DNA from: Thermoproteota archaeon
GTDB taxonomy: Archaea; Thermoproteota; Thermoprotei; Thermofilales; B9-G17
Assembly: GCA_029258885.1 (NCBI GenBank)
Contig: JAPDJW010000023.1
Location: 1 to 21,257, forward strand
DNA: 21,257 nt
Direction: 5' to 3'
A program made the position numbers and the translations under genes. The notes below the pieces were generated by a model. It saw nothing but the letters and a program-made list of their open reading frames with translations. It was not told the DNA's origin and searched no databases. How positions within the stretch are numbered: the stretch's first letter is position 1; every line of letters starts with the position of its first letter. Positions 18,023 to 21,257 of this stretch are shown here, piece after piece.

Positions 18023-18868
18023 ATGTCATTAAAAAAGGAGTTCCTCGACCTACTAGAGAAGGATAGAGAATTCAGATACACAGTAGCCGGATACCTAGGA
18101 ATAAGAGAAATACTTGAGAGACTCGACGACATAGCAGAAGAGCAGGTTAAGCTTAGGGAGGAGCAGACTAGGCTTAGGCAGGACTTTAATAAGCTTTATG
18201 AAGAGCAGGTTAAGCTTAGGGAGGACTTTAATGAGTTGAGGAAGGAGCAGACTAGGCTTAGGGAGGAGGTTACTGAGCTTAGGCGTGAGCAAGTTAAGCT
18301 TAGGCAGGACTTTAATAAGCTTTATGAAGAGCAGGTTAAGCTTAGGGAGGAGCAGGTTAAGCTTAGGCAGGAGTTTAATGAGTTGAGGAAGGAGCAGATT
18401 AGGCTTAGGGAGGACTTTAATAAGATGATGGAGATAGTTGGTAGGATGGATCGTCGGTTAAGGAGGGTTGAGCTTACTCTTGAGAAGATTACGCTGGACA
18501 TTGAGGAGGAGGCTAGGTCTATTATTAAGTATAGGCTTAAGGAGCTTGGAGTGGAAATGGATATAGTGAGGCTTATGCTTCCGGATCTGGAAATAAACAT
18601 TTATGGTGTTGCTGGGGATCTTTGTATAGTTGGTGAGGCCAGCGTAAGGGCGGGATACAGAGTTATGGAAAAGCTTATGAAGAATTTAAGGGATCTAAGG
18701 AATCGTTACCCTGATAAGCTGAGGAGGATAGTTGTCCTCGTCGTCTATACATCGCTTGCTATGCCTGATCTTATTGAGGAGGCTAAGAAGAGGGATATCT
18801 GGGTTCTGAAAGCTACTGGAGACATCGTTAGACCTAAACTATTGGATAAGATTAAAACCCTAGCTTAG
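18023..18868 (+). CDS. Coiled-coil heptad-repeat protein with a C-terminal PD-(D/E)XK-like (restriction endonuclease-fold) domain
   Basis: It has a short N-terminal helix (FLDLLEKDREFRY.VAGYLG), 14 heptads, and then IEEEAR...LEINIYG...CIVGEASVR...KL......R..YPD....V.VVY. This resembles the crenarchaeal coiled-coil/nuclease-fold families (DUF3782/DUF1626-like) as recognised by eye. Confidence 0.7.
   Translation: MSLKKEFLDLLEKDREFRYTVAGYLGIREILERLDDIAEEQVKLREEQTRLRQDFNKLYEEQVKLREDFNELRKEQTRLREEVTELRREQVKLRQDFNKLYEEQVKLREEQVKLRQEFNELRKEQIRLREDFNKMMEIVGRMDRRLRRVELTLEKITLDIEEEARSIIKYRLKELGVEMDIVRLMLPDLEINIYGVAGDLCIVGEASVRAGYRVMEKLMKNLRDLRNRYPDKLRRIVVLVVYTSLAMPDLIEEAKKRDIWVLKATGDIVRPKLLDKIKTLA
18137..18430 (+). 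repeat. 14 tandem 21-bp units encoding heptads (EEQVKLR / QDFNKLY / EDFNELR types)
   Basis: The units were parsed directly, for example GAAGAGCAGGTTAAGCTTAGG at 18137, 18200 and 18326. A perfect 54-bp duplication occurs at 18172-18225 and 18298-18351. Confidence 0.95.
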
Positions 18869-19194
18869 AAGTATAACTATTTGATATTAACTGTCACGGC
18901 ATTTTACTCCTTATATAGTTTTAGCAATGGCTGCTATGCTAGCTTCGCTCTGATAGGTATATTTCCGCTATATTCCCTGAAGCCTTCGCCCATTATCGGT
19001 TCAAGTCGTTGTCGATATCAATGGATCAAGAATTCTCTCACTTTACCGTGCCGTAATTCTTCTCAGATTTTCATAGATATGTTGGTAATCCCTTTCGGTA
19101 GAAAATTTTGCAATAAAGTTTTCTTCGTAAATTCAGCGTTAAGTGAAATTAAGGTATTCTCATGTATGCCTGTGCTATCTTCGTCTGCTGGGGT

Positions 19195-19596
19195 CTATGG
19201 TATATTGTTTAATCCGATTGTTCTGACTAGATTTTTTGCCTTAGCTTTCAGCTTATCGTCTTCGGTTACAAGTATCAGGTCTTTTTCTCTTGCTAGAACT
19301 ATGTAGGAGGCATCGTAGGCTGATATTTTTAGCTTATTGGCAAGGGCTAATATCGCTCTCTCATAGGGATGCGGGCTTAATATATTCATGTATTCCAGCG
19401 TCTCCGTGAAAATTTCCACTAATTTAAGGGCTTCGCCGAGGCTTAAGGTGCCTATTAGGGATGCTTCCTTCCATAATGCATTAACTACCTCGTAGATTAC
19501 AAGCCATTGAGTATAATTATCGTATAGTACCTCCAGCTTCTTAAGTTTAAGGGCATATACTAGTGAGGAAGCATCGAAAAGCAAATTTTCAAGCAT
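19195..19596 (-). CDS. vapC: PIN-domain toxin VapC
   Basis: Motifs are LLFDASS, YEVVNALWK, ISAYDASYI and LVTEDDKL. It is a paralog of 17357..17788. Confidence 0.9.
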   Translation of the reverse strand: MLENLLFDASSLVYALKLKKLEVLYDNYTQWLVIYEVVNALWKEASLIGTLSLGEALKLVEIFTETLEYMNILSPHPYERAILALANKLKISAYDASYIVLAREKDLILVTEDDKLKAKAKNLVRTIGLNNIP

Positions 19597-19601
19597 CTTA
19601 T

Positions 19602-19832
19602 CTACCTAGCTTCTCTATCCTCCCGAATGGCCTCTACAATTCTGTTAATATCGATCTTCTCCAGCACATCATCCAGCTCATCTAGCTTTTTCCTCAATTC
19701 CTCAAGCTTACGCCTCCTAACCTCCTCCTCCAGTGCACGCCTAAGTACCTCTGATATCTTTATCCCGAGCCGCTCAGCCTCCTCCTTAAGCTCCCTCCTA
19801 ACCTTAGTAGAGACCGTCACATACCTACCCAT
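19602..19832 (-). CDS. vapB: VapB/CcdA-like RHH antitoxin
   Basis: ATG 19832 gives MGRYVTVSTKVRRELKEEAERLGIKISEVLRRALEEEV...IREDREAR. It is a paralog of 17133..17360. Confidence 0.87.
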   Translation of the reverse strand: MGRYVTVSTKVRRELKEEAERLGIKISEVLRRALEEEVRRRKLEELRKKLDELDDVLEKIDINRIVEAIREDREAR

Positions 19833-19843
19833 AGTAATCCATA

Positions 19844-19871
19844 AATGTAGTAACATTGGAAGTAAATAAGG
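19844..19871 (-). promoter_or_regulatory. Operator candidate and TATA-like box upstream of the second vapB
   Basis: The inverted repeat AATGT-AGTA-ACATT is at 19844-19857. Minus-strand CTTATTTAC is at 19871-19863. Confidence 0.4.
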
Positions 19872-20232
19872 TTTACCTTGTGATACATAAATCTCTCAAG
19901 GAACAATAGAATTAATAAGTAAATTCTAAATCAAGCCGCCTTTAGAATCTAAAAAGGTTAGATAAATTGCTTTAAATGACTAAGCTTTCAATAACTAACT
20001 ATAGAGGAAGAAGCTATCAGATATATTTGGGGACAAAATAGCCTACATGAGAGAAATAGAGGAAGGAGTTTATGAAGCCTATATAAACACCAGATTAAGT
20101 AGCAATTTTACAAAGTATTATAATTTTTAAAATTTATTTAGTTAATCTATTTAAATACTTTAACTTTATGTAGTATAAAATAATTATTATTTAATATAAA
20201 GATTATTAATGTTTGGGATATTCTAATAGACC

Positions 20233-21257
20233 ATGAACTTTAAGTCACTTATATATAATCGTGCAATCATCTTCACAGCAATTTCCATATTAATATATCT
20301 ATTAACAACCATATCAATAGTCTTTGCTCAGAAGCCACTATGGTTTAGGAGTACTCCAGATATACCCTATATTATGAGGTGGAGCGACGGTTTGCTTGCT
20401 GTCGGTACTAGGGCTGGTCATGTTCTGGTCTACGATAAGCTTGGAAACCTTATGTGGGAGTTTAGAACTGGAGACTGGGTGTGGAGACTCGACTGGAGTA
20501 GGGATAACCTATTAGCTGTGGGTAGCCGTGACAATTATGTATATGTTTTCGATTCAAATGGTAATCTTAAATGGAAATATGAGACAGGAGATGAAGTATG
20601 GAGTGTCGCATGGAGCAGTAGTAATCTATTGGCTGTTGGAAGTGCCGACGGCTTCGTATATGTCTTTGATTCCTATGGAAATTTAAAGTGGAAATATTGT
20701 GTAATATATACCGCTTGGACTCTCGACTGGAGCAACAATAACCTTTTAGCAGTTGGAACATACGGCGATGTATATGTATTCGATGAAACAGGTGATCTAA
20801 GGTGGAAGTTTGGAGTAGGAGACTGGGCACTATGTTTAGATTGGAGTAAAGACAACCTACTAGCTGTAGGCGCTTGGAACGGTTTTATATATCTTCTCGA
20901 TCAAAACGGTGAGATGAAGTGGCGTTTCCTGACGGGACTCGATATCTGGTTCATCGACTGGACCGATGATGGAAAGTTAATTGCCGCTGGAAGCGATGAC
21001 GGCTACGTATATACTCTAGATGTTGATGGCAACCTTAAATGGATGTATAGAGCTGGCTACTTAATAAACTATATCGAGTGGAGCCATGACAATAAGCTCG
21101 CAGTAGTAGGATTCAGCAAGACACTATATGTACTCAACGAAGACGGGACACGTGACTGGAGCTATCTCATTGGGGAGGTAATATGGTGCGTAAGCTGGAG
21201 CGACGACAACATACTAGCATGCGGCGGAGATGGAGTATATGTTTTCGCTTCCCTACT
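20233..21257 (+). CDS. Secreted WD40/PQQ-like repeat beta-propeller protein (partial, runs off the window end)
   Basis: ATG 20233 opens a frame with no stop to the window end. It reads MNFKSLIYNRAIIFTAISILIYLLTTISIVFA|QK (signal peptide), then 8 repeats of 38-40 aa with consensus W.(Y/F)..G..(V)W...WS.DNLLAVG..D..VYVFD..GNL. Confidence 0.9.
   Translation, partial: MNFKSLIYNRAIIFTAISILIYLLTTISIVFAQKPLWFRSTPDIPYIMRWSDGLLAVGTRAGHVLVYDKLGNLMWEFRTGDWVWRLDWSRDNLLAVGSRDNYVYVFDSNGNLKWKYETGDEVWSVAWSSSNLLAVGSADGFVYVFDSYGNLKWKYCVIYTAWTLDWSNNNLLAVGTYGDVYVFDETGDLRWKFGVGDWALCLDWSKDNLLAVGAWNGFIYLLDQNGEMKWRFLTGLDIWFIDWTDDGKLIAAGSDDGYVYTLDVDGNLKWMYRAGYLINYIEWSHDNKLAVVGFSKTLYVLNEDGTRDWSYLIGEVIWCVSWSDDNILACGGDGVYVFASL

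Noticed and set aside
18137-18430. Possible CRISPR array
   Set aside because: The units are contiguous in-frame 21-mers without unique spacers, so this is a coding heptad repeat.
18881-19306. 141-aa plus-strand ORF and its antisense frame with two internal TGA codons
   Set aside because: It partly shadows vapC and has an S/F-rich antisense-like composition. The antisense peptide could be a remnant, but I could not recognise a family, and there is no evidence for TGA recoding.
98-19869. Other short ORFs overlapping called genes on the opposite strand or in another frame (e.g. 98..298, 2024..2221, 2190..2510, 4600..4824, 7437..7619, 13454..14335, 14487..14717, 16115..16378, 16598..16822, 17129..17326, 18095..18600, 19627..19869)
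   Set aside because: They are shadow ORFs of genes that have clear family motifs.
20000-20130. Fragment KLSDIFGDKIAYMREIEEGVYEAYINTRL
   Set aside because: It looks protein-like but is short and unassignable.
20233-21257. Possible diversity-generating retroelement target
   Set aside because: There is no reverse transcriptase and no template/variable repeat pair differing only at adenines in the window.

Overview
This is an archaeal window, probably Thermoproteota-type. That assignment is inferred from TATA/BRE boxes about 25-30 nt upstream of leaderless starts, GGTG(A) Shine-Dalgarno motifs, a long-form RmlA and archaeal-type VapBC pairs. The left two-thirds (0.86-14.7 kb) is a surface-glycan locus. 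It holds a sugar-1-P nucleotidyltransferase, rmlA/rmlD/rmlC, an atypical extended SDR where rmlB would be expected, and a broken second rmlA. It also has a very AT-rich cassette (Thr-type sulfatase-superfamily enzyme, GT2, 756-aa membrane protein, two GT4s), a DPM1-like GT2 and a small basic conserved-looking protein. Four toxin-antitoxin-type modules flank the locus; two have frameshifted toxins. The right part also carries an N-terminally truncated AAA_14/DUF4143-type ATPase, a heptad-repeat coiled-coil protein with a nuclease-like C-terminal domain, and a secreted 8-repeat WD40/PQQ-like beta-propeller that runs off the window and is absent from the ORF track. I saw no rRNA, tRNA, CRISPR array, transposase or integrase. 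All family calls come from motif recognition by eye; no database search was run.
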